DNA of 63,722 bases, the filler included, from Octopus bimaculoides (lineage: Eukaryota), in the NCBI RefSeq assembly GCF_001194135.2. It is 5 parts of 4 records of this genome, joined end to end, with 100 filler letters (N's around TTAATTAATTAA, not from the genome) between each part and the next. Parts side by side here need not be neighbours in the genome. Positions count along the whole stretch, not along the records: positions 29,800 to 53,027 come from NC_068981.1; positions 53,128 to 60,094 come from NC_069002.1; positions 60,195 to 62,359 come from NC_068985.1; 2 more parts are not named here. One strand, 5' to 3'. The notes under the pieces were generated by a model. The model was given only the letters and a program-made list of their open reading frames with translations, had not been told where the DNA came from and searched no databases. Position 1 is the first letter of the stretch. Every line of letters starts with the position of its first letter. Below, in pieces: positions 47,520 through 61,338 of the stretch. The translations under genes were made by a program, and so were the position numbers.

Positions 47520-47900
47520 CTTTATCAGTGGCTCCTAGCACAGCTTTTGTAAAGCCAGATCTACTGCAGAAGCTCGTGCCTCACTCATCAGATGACTCAC
47601 ATCCTCAATGAACTTGGAGAAAATAATGTTATTGTTCTGGACATCAACGAAAGCTTTCAACTGTATATGATACGCGACTCTCCCGGCAAAACTGTGCAGC
47701 TATGGGTTCTATAATCTCTTATTTCTTTTTTTGCCGGTGACTTACGTGTTATTGTGCTCACTCTCCTCATGTACCCTAATAATCTACTTGCCTTCACATC
47801 TAGCAACGTCCACTCCTACGCAGATGATATCACTCGTCATTGCCCCTAATCTTTCGCACCCAAGTGACAGCCATATGCACACTAGACACTTCAGGCAAAT
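47520..47900 (+). mobile_element. CR1/L2-group LINE reverse transcriptase relic
   Basis: SFCKARSTAE..KAFNC..LPAKLCSYG and SNVHSYADDIT, broken frames. Confidence 0.7.
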
Positions 47901-48329
47901 CTGTATAAACTTCTAGACCAATCTTCTGACATAGTGTCAACGTTCCAGTTGATCAAATGCAAATGTGCTAGTTGTCATTGTGGTCAGTTTTCATGACGAC
48001 AATCGAAGTGATGTGTTTCCAGACTCGTAGAAAGCAACTAGCTGAAATATAGAAAGCAACTAGCTGAAATATCGAAAGACAACTGTGCGATAATATGCTA
48101 TAGTATCTAGAAGAAATGTCGATAAAGTTCAATGGCTATAGTTCTAAAGAGGATACTGTCGCACAAATCGATAAGGGGTCTTTTGGCAATGAAACAACAG
48201 TTTGATAGTAAAAATGTGTATGCATTTAGAATAAATGGTTAGCTGACTATAGTCTCCCTCATTTTCATACATTGAATAAAAACTTTTTTGTCTAATCGAA
48301 GCATTGGCAAGAGCAGCTATTTTTGACCT

Positions 48330-49070
48330 ATACTATTAACTTTGGCTCGTTAAAGTCTCATAGACACTTCTTTATGTTCATCAATGATCTTCTCATTGTT
48401 GTCTATAACAACACACTCATATGCAGATGGCGCCATCTCTCACTCTTCCCTAGCTTCTGTACACAAGCCCTGTTTATACGTAGCCAAAATACCTCACGAG
48501 AAACTAATAGCGATTTAAGGACAGAAATATTAAAAGAATTCTCCAATGAAGACGTGATAACCTAGTTTATTTCAAACACAATGGCACAGTCACAGCATAT
48601 ATTAATGAAACTGCCTTATACTCCAGCCTATTCGGTCAGGAACTCAAACTTACGTAATCATTACAAATGCAAGGCTTCAAAATCTCTGATGATCTCTCAT
48701 CCACTTATATAACATTGACGAAAATCCCCAAACGAGAATTTCCCTTTAGAACCAAGAAATACTTCAGTTTTTATCTCTTAATAACCATCTACAAAGCTTT
48801 TGCAGAATTCACACTGGAATATTGCAGCTACACATGTATAAAAATAAAACCCGTTTATTGACTACATTCAAAAGATGGCCATTCCACTTCCTATCAAAGA
48901 TGCACTTTCCAACATAAGTCAAACAAGCTCACTGACGCAACGTTTCTTCCCTACAAAGATCTATCATAACCGCACACACTCCGAATTATGGCTATCTCGA
49001 CACACCAGTCTTCCTTGCTTAGAACATACTTATAAGTGCAATCTTTACTGTTTATATCAATCATACTGAG
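48330..49070 (+). mobile_element. CR1/L2-group LINE RT relic, C-terminal half
   Basis: FFMFINDLL../HSYADG and FRTKKYFS..TIYKA..TLEYCS. Confidence 0.7.
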
Positions 49071-49327
49071 AGTCTAGCTAATCATCATCAGCAACAATCT
49101 CGCCAGTCTGCGAGGGCTTGCAGAGGTAATGAGCAATGCCTCTTTGCCGCTCACTACCATATAAAAAGATAGATATACGAAAAAAGTAGACATAAATATT
49201 GAGATATACAGAGGTGGAGAGCTAGGTAGTAAAGTAAATAAACTAACAGACCAACAAAGAAGAAAAAAAGAGGGGTGTCAGAGACAAGAATATTGAGCGG
49301 CAAAGTAAGACAAGGCGAGGTAAAGTA

Positions 49328-49364
<37 letters not shown>

Positions 49365-49689
49365 GAGAAGGAGAAAGAGAGTGAGACTGGTAGAACGACA
49401 TGATATCGTCGAGATAGATATATCCAAAGGTTCTATCGATCAACATGCAAGTTTCCAATAAATCTAGCGCACATTTTTCTGAATTTAAAAGATATCACAG
49501 AACACACGAATATCAGATTTTTCTATAGTCTGGTCATGAATTGTAAGTTTTAATTAGATCTGACAGGTAGAAAAAGGGAGCGATTCACACCACACACAAG
49601 TAAATATATATGTGCATGTGTAAGTGTATTTATATAACTGTTTATGTATATATATATATTTATATGTATGTATGTATGTATGTATATAG

Positions 49690-49740
<51 letters not shown>

Positions 49741-49913
49741 TAAATACACCCCCCCCCATATATATATATATATATAGTTATGCATGTACATACACATGTA
49801 CAGACATACACGCTCTCTCACATACAGTATGGAGTGAGGGAGAATAGAAGACAGAAAGACAACAGAGTGTGAGGGTAAAATAGACAAAGATTAATGGAAA
49901 AAGTTAACAGAAA

Positions 49914-49990
<77 letters not shown>

Positions 49991-50302
49991 GATATGATTC
50001 AAAATGCTGACACTAAACGAAATCGATTCAAAGTGTTTTGTAAAGTTAACAGTATAGAGGGTGCGATGTAGCATGACCTGGTTGTAGTGCGATTAACGTA
50101 ATGCAAGGCTTGGTTTGGTATAAGCTATACCAAAACTATGTATAACATGATGAGCTATATAAGTTGTGGTACGGCATGGTATACAGTGGTATCGTATGAC
50201 ACAATGTTACGTGTTATAATGTGATTAGCCATAAGTTAGACTTGACTGAGAAGACTTATGATGGAAAATATTCCGACTGAGAACATTTCGACTATTTTTC
50301 TT

Positions 50303-50422
50303 CTGTGTGGTTGATAAGCACGTTTTGCAACGACTTGGTTTCGGGTTCAGTTCAACTGCGCGGCACCTTTGGCAATACTTTCTGTGTGAATTTGGTGGAC
50401 GGAAACTGCGTGGAAGCTCGTA

Positions 50423-50484
<62 letters not shown>

Positions 50485-50672
50485 GTCAGTGCGTGCGCGC
50501 GCGTGTGTGTTTGTGTATTTATGTCACCGTAAATTAGCGGGTCGGCAAAAGAAACTGATTGAATAAGTACCAAACTTAAAAGAAGTAAGAGCTGGGAATG
50601 ATTTGTTCGACTAAACACTTCATGGCGGTACTCCAGCATGGTCACAGTCCAATGACTAAAGCAAGTAAAAGA
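50303..50672 (+). mobile_element. SINE family B, diverged, internal (TATC)n
   Basis: Head, GGAAACTGCG.GGAAGC and tail recognisable. Confidence 0.75.
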
Positions 50673-52037
50673 TGAAAGGTAGTGTATGATACATTTCCCA
50701 AGGCGCACTGCCTTTCTTTTAATTTTTAAGACGATAAAATCTGATTTAATATAGTTTTGCTTACTATTTCTAAAATGTGGAGCAGTATTAAAGAGGTTCT
50801 CTCATTGACATCGTGCAATATACGATTTAAAATTTGATAAAATGAAGGTTTTTGTCGTGGAGTAGAGTCTGGTGTAATCAGATATGATAGTTTAGAATTG
50901 TATAATGCGATGGTGTATCACTGGTGTCGCATGGTGTGTCATGGTCCGATAAGCTGTGATTTGATATTGAGTACAATAATGGGCTACAATGTGGCAATAT
51001 GCGATATGATGTATACAATATGGTGTAGTGAGGTATTACAGGATCTGGTTTACTACGGTATAATGTGGTTAGATAATGTATGTTGTAACGTGCTCTGATG
51101 TGTTATGAGATCGTGTGGTACGATGAGTGAAAGTGTATTGGCTTATGTTGCATTTTCGTATGATGCCGAGTGATATAATGCAGTAGTGATTCTCAAATAT
51201 TTTGATATCACGGTGTACTGGAGATTAAGATAACAAAAAAACAAAACAAAAAAAGCATAGAAAGTTAAACGACATTGTTTCAAAGTTAAACACAAGAAAA
51301 ACAAAATACAAAGAAAACTATTGTATAATTTTATAATAAATAAACAAAAGATTAAAAATGTGAATACTATGCGTCTTTTTCTGCTTAATTCCTAAATATC
51401 AAATTTATATACTTATACCCATCTCATCGTGAGGAGATGATTATCTCCCTTGAATTAACTGCTGTCACTAGAGGGAACCTTGTGTATTGCTTATCTTGTT
51501 TATTAATCATGATTAAATCATGAATTACATGTTTTTCAAGCCGTTCAAGCATTCATATACATTTTCCAATGCCTCTAGTTTTAAAAATACACAACGCATC
51601 TAAATACTTGGAAATCACTAAGAGATAGAGTAATGGAATGAGATATGATGATGGTATCCGATTTGAAATGTGATATGGCGTGAAGTAGTATGGTGTGATA
51701 TGTTCTGATATACACTGTTAGATTGTGATATTTGTTGAGCTTCAGAGCAACTCCGATCGATCAAACTTATGATCAAAGGCACCCCAATGATGATTATACC
51801 GTCATTTCAGAGATGTGCTAAGGTTTGATTTCATGTGGTGTCAAAAATGTGAGGTAGGGTGGGGGTAATTTTATATTGTACAATGAGATATGATCTAATA
51901 AAATGTGGGGTAAATGGTATGTGATACAGGATTATGTTATACTGTCTTGTAGAATTTTGTAGCTTATGGTATGAAATGATGTGATGTGATTAGATTGTGA
52001 CATTGGTACGGAAGGTTTTAGTGTAATATGTGGCGAA

Positions 52038-52240
52038 TTATAAGGCGGTGAGCTGGTAGCATCGCTAGTACGCTGGGCAAAATGCTTAGCATTCATTTCG
52101 TCTATTTTTACGTGCTGAGTTCAAATTCTACCGAGGTCGACTTTGCCTTTCATTCTATCGTGATCGATGTAATCGGGCACTGGAGTCGATGTAATTGATT
52201 TACTCCCTCACTGGAAATTTCTGGTCAAAATTTGAAACTA
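52038..52240 (+). mobile_element. SINE family D
   Basis: TAAGGCGGTGAGCTGG..GAGTTCAAATTCTACCGAGGTCGACTTTGCC; other copies at 53158-53350, 56597-56805, 61025-61225 (minus) and 61345-61510 (minus). Confidence 0.85.
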
Positions 52241-52846
52241 ATATATGATTAATTAGGTGATGTTGTTAAGTTCCAAACCGACTCTACCTAAATAAACACA
52301 TGAACAAAGGCGTTCCAACTATGACCAACCCGTCTTTCGAGCTATACACGCATTTCTTCTCTTCGTTGAAGACGGTAAGCTTTAATTTTAGAGAGATTTT
52401 CAGGAGCTTTTCCCAGTAGATCGAGTGACAACAAATAATCTACTTCATTGGTTTGTGATGTCATATTGTATTATGCTGAGTTGTATTATGATAAATCGTA
52501 GGTTAGTGTACGGTTGTTCTGACATATTGTGGTGATATAGTGTAATATGGTGCTATGTGATATAGTATAAAATGTAATGGTTTCAATGTCGCATTGCGAT
52601 GAGTAGTTTAGTTGGATCAGGTGCGCCGTTGTTTGGAATGAAATAATTGTAAATTTGTATGGTGTAGATGGCCATGTTTCTGTGATAAGAATGTTCGTTC
52701 CTCTCTCTCATTCTCTTTCTCTCTTCCTCTTGTCCTTCATCCTTTCATTTGCCAAGACAATAAAAGTCCACTACAACAACAAAACCTTTATGTGCTTACA
52801 TTGAACTACATTCATCAAGAGATTTTAGCTTCAATTTTGATGAAAT

Positions 52847-52892
<46 letters not shown>

Positions 52893-52966
52893 CTATGTTC
52901 ATCTATAAATACACCTTGTATGCATAAATGTGTGCATGTGTGAATATGTGCGCGTGTAAATAAATA

Positions 52967-53027
52967 TACGAGGGGATACCCCAAAGTAACCGGAAATGTT
53001 CTCTGTGGAACAAGCCCATTGTTGTTC
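52967..53027 (+). mobile_element. Probable mariner-type left terminus running into a gap
   Basis: TA-CGAGGGGATACCCCAAAGTAACCGGAA resembles TA-CGAGGG mariner TIR starts. Confidence 0.45.
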
Positions 53028-54174
53028 NNNNNNNNNNNNNNNNNNNNNNNNNNNNNNNNNNNNNNNNNNNNTTAATTAATTAANNNNNNNNNNNNNNNNN
53101 NNNNNNNNNNNNNNNNNNNNNNNNNNNATACACACGAATCCATACTATCAACATTTTCCGAGCTGGCAGAATCGTTAGCGCGTCGGGCGAGATGCTTAGC
53201 GGCATGTCATCCGTTGCTACGCTCCGAGTTCAAATTCTGAAGAGGTCGACTTTGCCTTTAATCCTTTCAGGGTCGATGGAATAAGTACCAGTCGAGGATT
53301 GGGGGGGTCGATGTAATCAACTTACCCCTCCCCACCAATTTCAGGCATAGAACACCCCCCCCCCAAAAAAAAAAGAAAAAACAAAACAAAGGTGTACGAC
53401 TTTAAGAAACTTTTACTTGTCAGTAATGTCGAATCTGCTGCTTTTATAAATATTTGTCTTGTAATGTTGATACGACGCTGACATCTACGTTAAGTTCAAG
53501 CATACATCCAAAACATATTGATTAGGCCAGCTCAAGTTTCGTAGCAGTAGCTTTACTTATCATCAGATTTTTCTCTTCATTGCTATGCCTTCAAGGTTTA
53601 CTATTTCTGTATACATAATAATAGTAATAATAATAATTATGATGATAATAATTGCTAAAAGTACATCTTGTTTATATACGGAAAGACGAAATAATAGTCC
53701 AAACAATTGGTATGATTAGCAAGGAAAGGTAGGACGTGGCATTGGATTGGGGGTTGGGTTAGCGTAAAGGGATTTAGATACGATACCAATTAGTGACTTA
53801 CCAAACCATACAATGTTTTCTTTGAACACAGTAATAGAATAATAGATTTCTTCTCTCGCATGGAATACTACCTTAGAAACGGTAAAAACACGAATTAACC
53901 ATACGTACTAAACCTATGCAACCGAGAAAAGAAGAATGTCCAATAGTTGTGTCTTTCTGACTCTGTGGAAGAAAAAAATGGCTCGAAGACAAAGTAAGAA
54001 ACTACTGCTGCTACCTTTTACGGGAATCTCAGCTGAAGTGGAAGACATTCTCAATGTGAGACACACAATTCTACATCAATCTTTGAACCATAAACTGACA
54101 CGAGTACTGTTTGTTCTAGTTTGTTACAAATCTAACCCAGTTGACATTCTTTTATGCGAAAACCTCTGCGCATT

Positions 54175-54208
<34 letters not shown>

Positions 54209-54466
54209 CAAATTCTTAACGAGGTACGAGCATTTGTGTTCTGTTAGCCGAGGTCTTTCCTGGCATTTTGCAATTTAGTAATCTGTTAAAATAATAAACA
54301 AACAACAATATATAAACAAATAACTTGCTTTGTCACAGGATCGGTTCAAACCCAGTAGAGTTTGTGGACTACAAGTCAAATATATGTCTAAATGTTGTAG
54401 ACAGCAAGTAGCAATTCGTGTGTCTGTTTGCGTGTATACATACATGTATATGTGCATATTATTTGT

Positions 54467-54501
<35 letters not shown>

Positions 54502-54572
54502 CACACTTTATTTAAAAGCAGCAGAAATATAACAAAAGACTGTTAATCGGAGTTTCACGTTCCCTACTCCGG

Positions 54573-54604
<32 letters not shown>

Positions 54605-54832
54605 TACATACATACGTGTGTTTGTGTGGATATGTGACAATATATAAGCAAAGATATGCGTATGCGTATAGATATATATTTATATATACACATATATTTA
54701 TATATACACATATATTTATATATACTGCATTCATACGCGCTCAAATACACACAACCATACACAATGATACCTTTGTTAAAACTTATCCGTTTCGGTTTGT
54801 CTTTTTTTGTTTTTTCTCGTTATGTATAGGCG

Positions 54833-54889
<57 letters not shown>

Positions 54890-55116
54890 ACACATAAAAA
54901 CATCAACAAACGCAACACTTGGCACACTACACGGTGTCTATCGCAATATAATTGTATCAGTTTTTCGATAAAATAACTGAGCGAATAATTGACAAAAAAT
55001 TATGTTTGCATAACATGAACTGAATAATGAGTTCGAACTTCTCAAACCCACACTCTTACCATACCCTCTCGCCACACACACACACACACACACAGAGACG
55101 TGTGTGTGTATGTATG

Positions 55117-55160
<44 letters not shown>

Positions 55161-55629
55161 GATCGAAAGCAAGCTACAGATGTTAGTTTTCCCAAAGAGA
55201 AGATTGAGTAAAAGACTAGTGAGTATGCTAAGGAAAACCACAAGACAGACATCGAAATAGGGGCTGAAAACCGGAAGAGACAGGTGAATGAAAAGGAAAC
55301 AGGGTTTCCCCCCAGCCATGCTCTGTAAATACAGACCAAATATCTGGGATTGTGCTATAGTCTGAAGTAACAGGAAATGGTTTTATGGGAGGGTCATATA
55401 ATATATATGTATATATGTGTATATGTATGTATATGTATATATGTGTATATAGGTGTATGTATATATATATATATATATGGGTGTGTGTGTTTGTATATAT
55501 GTATGTATGTGCGAATTTACTCGCGCACAGATACGCTAACTTAAAGATAGCGAATTCAGCACTGACATTTAATTTTTCAGTTAGTGGTAATGAGCGAATA
55601 CATTTCTATTTTATATAAATATACATCCA

Positions 55630-56545
55630 TGCACAGGTGCAGGTGTGGCTGTGTTGTAAGAAGCTTGCTTCCCAACCACATGGTTCTGGGTTCAGTCCCA
55701 CTGCGTGACACCTTCGGTCAGTGTCTTCTACTTATAGCCCCGGACCTACAAAAAGCCTCGTGAGTGCATTTGGTAGATGGAAACTGAAAGAAGCCTGTCC
55801 TATATATANNNNNNNNNNNNNNNNNNNNNNNNNNNNNNNNNNNNNNNNNNNNNNNNNNNNNNNNNNNNNNNNNNNNNNNNNNNNNNNNNNNNNNNNNNNN
55901 NNNNNNNNNNNNNNNNNNNNNNNNNNNNNNNNNNNNNNNNNNNNNNNNNNNNNNNNNNNNNNNNNNNNNNNNNNNNNNNNNNNNNNNNNNNNNNNNNNNN
56001 NNNNNNNNNNNNNNNNNNNNNNNNNNNNNNNNNNNNNNNNNNNNNNNNNNNNNNNNNNNNNNNNNNNNNNNNNNNNNNNNNNNNNNNNNNNNNNNNNNNN
56101 NNNNNNNNNNNNNNNNNNNNNNNNNNNNNNNNNNNNNNNNNNNNNNNNNNNNNNNNNNNNNNNNNNNNNNNNNNNNNNNNNNNNNNNNNNNNNNNNNNNN
56201 NNNNNNNNNNNNNNNNNNNNNNNNNNNNNNNNNNNNNNNNNNNNNNNNNNNNNNNNNNNNNNNNNNNNNNNNNNNNNNNNNNNNNNNNNNNNNNNNNNNN
56301 NNNNNNNNNNNNNNNNNNNNNNNNNNNNNNNNNNNNNNNNNNNNNNNNNNNNNNNNNNNNNNNNNNNNNNNNNNNNNNNNNNNNNNNNNNNNNNNNNNNN
56401 NNNNNNNNNNNNNNNNNNNNNNNNNNNNNNNNNNNNNNNNNNNNNNNNNNNNNNNNNNNNNNNNNNNNNNNNNNNNNNNNNNNNNNNNNNNNNNNNNNNN
56501 NNNNNNCGGTGCTCCAGTATGGTTACGGTCTAATGCTTGAAATAA
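55630..56545 (+). mobile_element. SINE family B spanning an N gap
   Basis: Head 55630-55797, tail GGTGCTCCAGTATGG 56508-56545. Confidence 0.7.
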
Positions 56546-57607
56546 GTAAATTAAGTAAATAAAACAAGTACCAGTTGTGTACTGGGGGAGGATTATTAAG
56601 GGGTGAGCTGGCAGAATCTTTAAGTGCGCTGGACGAAATGCATAACAGCATTTCATACGTTCTAAGCTCAAATTCCGCTGAGGTCGACTCTGCTTTTCCT
56701 CCTTTCGGAGTCGATAAAATAAATACCAGTTGTGTACTGGTTCGATGTAATCGACTCATCCCCTTCCCCAAAATTGCTGCCCTTGTGGCAACATTTGAAA
56801 CCATTATTATTATTATTATTATTAAGTCACACAGTCTACTCAAATTTCGTCTTTTGCTCAATCACGACTACAGATGAAAAAGAAAAAGCAAAAAAACAAG
56901 GAACCTGCGGCATTAGATATGTTTGAGTTGGCGGGGGTTGTTAATTACAACTGCGACTTCATAATTGGCGGTGTGAGTTGGTGTAAAATGCTTCTCATGT
57001 ATGGTGTATGAATGTGAATATATATATATATATAGTTAAAAAGCGACATAGTGAATGAGAGAAAGGAAGTGTTAGACGGACATGCAAGAGTGGTTGGGGT
57101 GAAGAGGTAGCAGAGGTTTCATTCTGTCTGGAATTTGTGTGTGCGTGTGTATTGTATACTGTAGTGTGACATTTATGTTTCTACGTAATATGTGTGTGCG
57201 GGCGGGTGCGTGTGTGTGTGTGTGTGTATGTGTGTGTATATCATTATTGTGTATTCGTATTTCCGATGCAAAAATTGAGCGGTGTTTTTTTTTTTTATGC
57301 TGCCCACCCCACTCAGGTCAGCTATCAACACACTCATTTATGATCAAATATATTCCAGTCATGACCATCCCCTCTTATTCGCATGTCTAGCGAACCCGTG
57401 AGCCGGTTACACAATCTATCCTGGATCTTTCTGATTTGGCGGGCGCCACTTGTTTTCTTAACGAAATACTTTCAAACTTGGGACACTGGTAGAATGNNNN
57501 NNNNNNNNNNNNNNNNNNNNNNNNNNNNNNNNNNNNNNNNNNNNNNNNNNNNNNNNNNNNNNNNNNNNNNNNNNNNNNNNNNNNNNNNNNNNNNNNTATA
57601 TATGTAT

Positions 57608-57641
<34 letters not shown>

Positions 57642-57649
57642 ATACACAC

Positions 57650-57810
57650 ACGACCGTCTTCTTTCAGGTTTCCTCAACCAAATTCTCTCAGAAGGCTTTG
57701 GTTGGCCTGAGGCTATAGAAAATGACACTTACCCCCCGTGTGCCATGCAGTGGAAGTGAACCCGGAACTATATGGTTGAGAAGCAAAATTTTTAACACAC
57801 AGCCACTCCT
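57650..57810 (-). mobile_element. SINE family B, 5' half
   Basis: GGCTTTGGTTGGCCTGAGGCTATAG..ACACAGCCACTCCT. Confidence 0.75.
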
Positions 57811-58208
57811 TGACAAAAGATATACTGTGATTTTAGCCTGTGTTATATGCTAATATTTCGCTGGTGATATCCTTTGCTTATTGTTATCCACTCCGTATTC
57901 ACTGAACAAGGCAATAGCCTAATTCGGTCGTTTCATTAGTTGACTGGACATGAAGTTTCTTAATAGACATGGAGAACTAGCTTCTCACTGGCAAATATTA
58001 AGTCTTATACTCCGTTTTGGGGTCCCTTCTTGCCGCTTTTCTCACACTCGTCTGTATCTGGAAATATTGAATTATTCGGAAAGTTCTGTTCGTTAGTCTT
58101 GGTATTGTGTGTTCGACTGGAAAGAAAAGAAGGAAAATAGCTGTTTTGTTATTTTACTACCGTTGCTCTTTAAAGAGTTAACCGACAGAGTATATAAATA
58201 TATGACTA

Positions 58209-58390
58209 AATCTGAACAAACAAAATAAATAGTTAATAGACTTAACATATGTAAATTTCGCTAATCTTGAACAAACTGAGTTAATAGTTAATAGAAATAA
58301 CACATGGATATTTCGTTAATCTTAAAAAAAGCCCGAGTTAATAGTTAATAGAGAAAACATGAATACTTTACTGTTCTTGAACGAACTAAG
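58209..58390. repeat. Minisatellite, about 55-bp unit x3.3
   Basis: AATCTTGAACAAAC..GAGTTAATAGTTAATAGA.. starting at 58209, 58263 and 58318. Confidence 0.75.
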
Positions 58391-58698
58391 AAAAGAATGA
58401 TGTGGATAAGAGACAATAGAATTTCGAAGTCGTAGAGCAGTGGAGAAGAAAGCGCTAAATCCCGTCAAATATGAGGACGTTTGAGTTTGTATAACAAAGC
58501 CATAATTTCTAATTTGAAATTTTCAAAGTTTCTGTAGACTTACGGCAACGACTAACTTAAAGATTTCAAAACCGAAATTAATAGCGGAAACGACAAAAAC
58601 ATACAGACACAATTCATAATGGAATATAGTGAAAATTAAACCCAGCCTTCCTGGATATTTTAATGATGGTAAGAAAAAATTAAAAAAGTACAAACATA

Positions 58699-58853
58699 GG
58701 CGGCTGTGTGGTAAGTAGCTTGCTTACGAATCACATGGTTCCGGGTTCAGTCCCACTGCGTGGCACCTTGGGCAAGTGTCTTCTACTATAGCCTCGGGCC
58801 GACCAAAGCCTTGTGAGTGGATTTGGTAGACGGAAACTGAAAGAAGCCCGTCG

Positions 58854-58888
<35 letters not shown>

Positions 58889-59086
58889 ATGTTTGTGTGT
58901 CTGTGTTTGTCCCCCCCCCCAACATCGCTTGCTGGTGTGTTTACGTCCTCGTAACTTAACGGTTCGGCTAAAAAGACCGATAGAATAAGTACTAGGCTTA
59001 CAAAGAATAAGTCCTGTGGTCGATTAACACGACTAAAAGGCGGTGCTCCAGCATGGCCACAGTCAAATGACTAAGAAGTAAAAGAG
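58699..59086 (+). mobile_element. SINE family B, full length, young
   Basis: Near-identical to 2832-3231 and to 11351-11934 (reverse). Confidence 0.9.
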
Positions 59087-59894
59087 TCAAAGAGAGAGAG
59101 AGAGAGAGTAATAGAAACCGCTGCAGACATTATGCTGCAGATCCACAGATTAAGCAATATTTTAGTATTTAGGTTTTGCTGTCTAAAACATACCGAAATA
59201 AATATACTGTTTAATCTAACACGAAGAATAAGTTCAATAATTTTCAATTTTGAAATTCGAAATAAAAGACTTGAAGAATTATAACAAAAATACAAATTGA
59301 AAGCCTATGTAACAAAATTGACTACGGAATAGAGCAGGCATGGGCAACATTTTTTCGAAAAACCGGCCGCTTGAGACGTGGCTCAGCATCAGGTGAGCTA
59401 CACTATTGAAACTATCTAAAGTAATTTTTCGTTAGGTGTGGCTGGAATAAAACGTGCCAAAGCAATAGACACTCAAGAAAAAACAATTCAAATATCCCCG
59501 AATAGTCCAGCTTGCATAAAAAAACACGCAAATGAAGAAACAAAAATATGCATTAACCCTCAAAATATTTCATTCTTGTGGCAAGACACAAGAATGTAAA
59601 AAGCACTCGAAATACATAATTAAAAGCTAAAGAAGTCCAAAATTCCTTCATAAAAAAAAAGAAAAGAAAAAAGAAACGAAACAAAAATTATTCACCAGAG
59701 CCAAATTATCAACTGCAAATACCGCACCAATAGTCAAAGAATATATGGTCGCCATAGCTACGGAATCTGTATCGACCGCATAGAAGAAACATCTTGTAGA
59801 ATTTAATCATTACAATGTATTTATGTTTATTTACACAGAGGCGCACCTCTCCCTCCCGAACTCGCACCTTATCCCCCCCATGTATATATATATA

Positions 59895-60066
59895 CTTGTT
59901 TCAGTCATTTGACTGCGGCCATGCTAGAGCATCGCCTTTGCTCGAACAGATCGACCCCAGGACTTATTCTTTTGTAAGCCTAGTACTTATTCTATCGGTC
60001 TGTGTAGCCGAACCGCTAATGCACGGGGACCTAAACACACCAACATCGGTTATCAAGCGGTGGTGG
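59895..60066 (-). mobile_element. SINE family B, 3' half
   Basis: CTTGTTTCAGTCATTTGACTGCGGCCATGC.. Confidence 0.85.
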
Positions 60067-60194
60067 GGATACACACACACACACACACACACACNNNNNN
60101 NNNNNNNNNNNNNNNNNNNNNNNNNNNNNNNNNNNNNNTTAATTAATTAANNNNNNNNNNNNNNNNNNNNNNNNNNNNNNNNNNNNNNNNNNNN

Positions 60195-60231
<37 letters not shown>

Positions 60232-60234
<3 letters not shown>

Positions 60235-60777
60235 GCCCGGATGCAGTACCAGGTAGTGGCTCTCATGGCTTCTGATCTTAACTGATTGCAAGTGCTATCA
60301 TGTACATTGTTTTGTCTTGGTATAAAAAGATGGGCTACAGCAAAACCACAGATTTGCTTGTCAGTTGTTTGAACTTAACCAGTTGAGCATGTCCCTTGGT
60401 GGCTGACGATATGTGCATTTCTGATCATGAGCAGAAGTAGTGGGGGAGCATTATAGTCATGTGGTGAGATGAATTATTTGGGGTTTGAATAATTCACTTT
60501 TGGAAACATGGGTGTTTTGCTCAACATCCTTAAACAAACTTTATTCAGGGACCTTTTGAGCGGGATGGTCTACTCGACCCGAAGGAAATTCTAACTGGGC
60601 CCCACCTGCAAGGTCATGCACTGTTTATCTTGATATGAGATCACCATGTCTCGCACACATGGTTGTGATGCATGTGCCTGGTGCACCCTTATCAGACAAG
60701 TAGTCATGATGAGTATAATGGACTTCGTATATTTTACCCCAGTGTCATTTTGATGGCATGCACTGCTCTCTCACTCA
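60232..60777. mobile_element. About 545-bp non-coding element embedded in (AAT)n, probable non-autonomous retroposon
   Basis: GC-richer block with sharp edges and (AAT)n on both sides; no ORF or recognisable protein motif. Confidence 0.4.
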
Positions 60778-61287
60778 ATAATAATAATAAGAAGAGCGCA
60801 ACTGTTATCGAATGAACAATATTTCGCCTTTTCTAGAGGAGTAAAATCAATCCTTAAATATTATCAAAATAAAGTAGATTGAGATGATTATTTTGAACTT
60901 GTGGAAGATACACGAAGTGTCGAAATATCGTTCATTCCATAACAGTCGCACTCTTCTTATTGTCTCTTTACCTTCGGGAAATGTAACGTCAGTCCTTAAA
61001 TATTATTAATAATAATAATAGTAATTATAATAATTTCAAGTTCGTGCCACAAAGGCAGCTTGAATTATATCGACCCCACCCCCAGCGTTCAGCTGTTAAT
61101 TATTGACCTCGAAAACATGAAAGGCAAAGTCGACCTCGACCTCGGGGGAATTTTGAACTCACAAAGTAGCGGCGTGCGAAATACCGGTAAGCGTGATAAA
61201 AATTCTGCAATCACGCTGCCTTAACAACAAGAACAAGAACAAGAACAAGAACAACAACAACAACAACATAATAATAATAATAATAAT

Positions 61288-61338
<51 letters not shown>

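Larger units (their letters stand above)
50050..52700. repeat. Old degenerate pentamer-like simple repeat (TGTGA/TATGG-type), fragmented by SINEs
   Basis: G/T-biased tracts at 50100-50225, 50850-51185, 51640-51725, 51870-52030 and 52455-52620. Confidence 0.6.

Noticed and set aside
48040-48085. 22-bp tandem duplication AGAAAGCAACTAGCTGAAATAT
   Set aside because: Simple local duplication with no further structure
53936-54515. Plus-strand ORFs MARRQSKK.. and DRFKPSRV.. as a two-exon gene
   Set aside because: Splice sites are plausible but the peptides are short and unrecognisable, and alternative frames fit equally well
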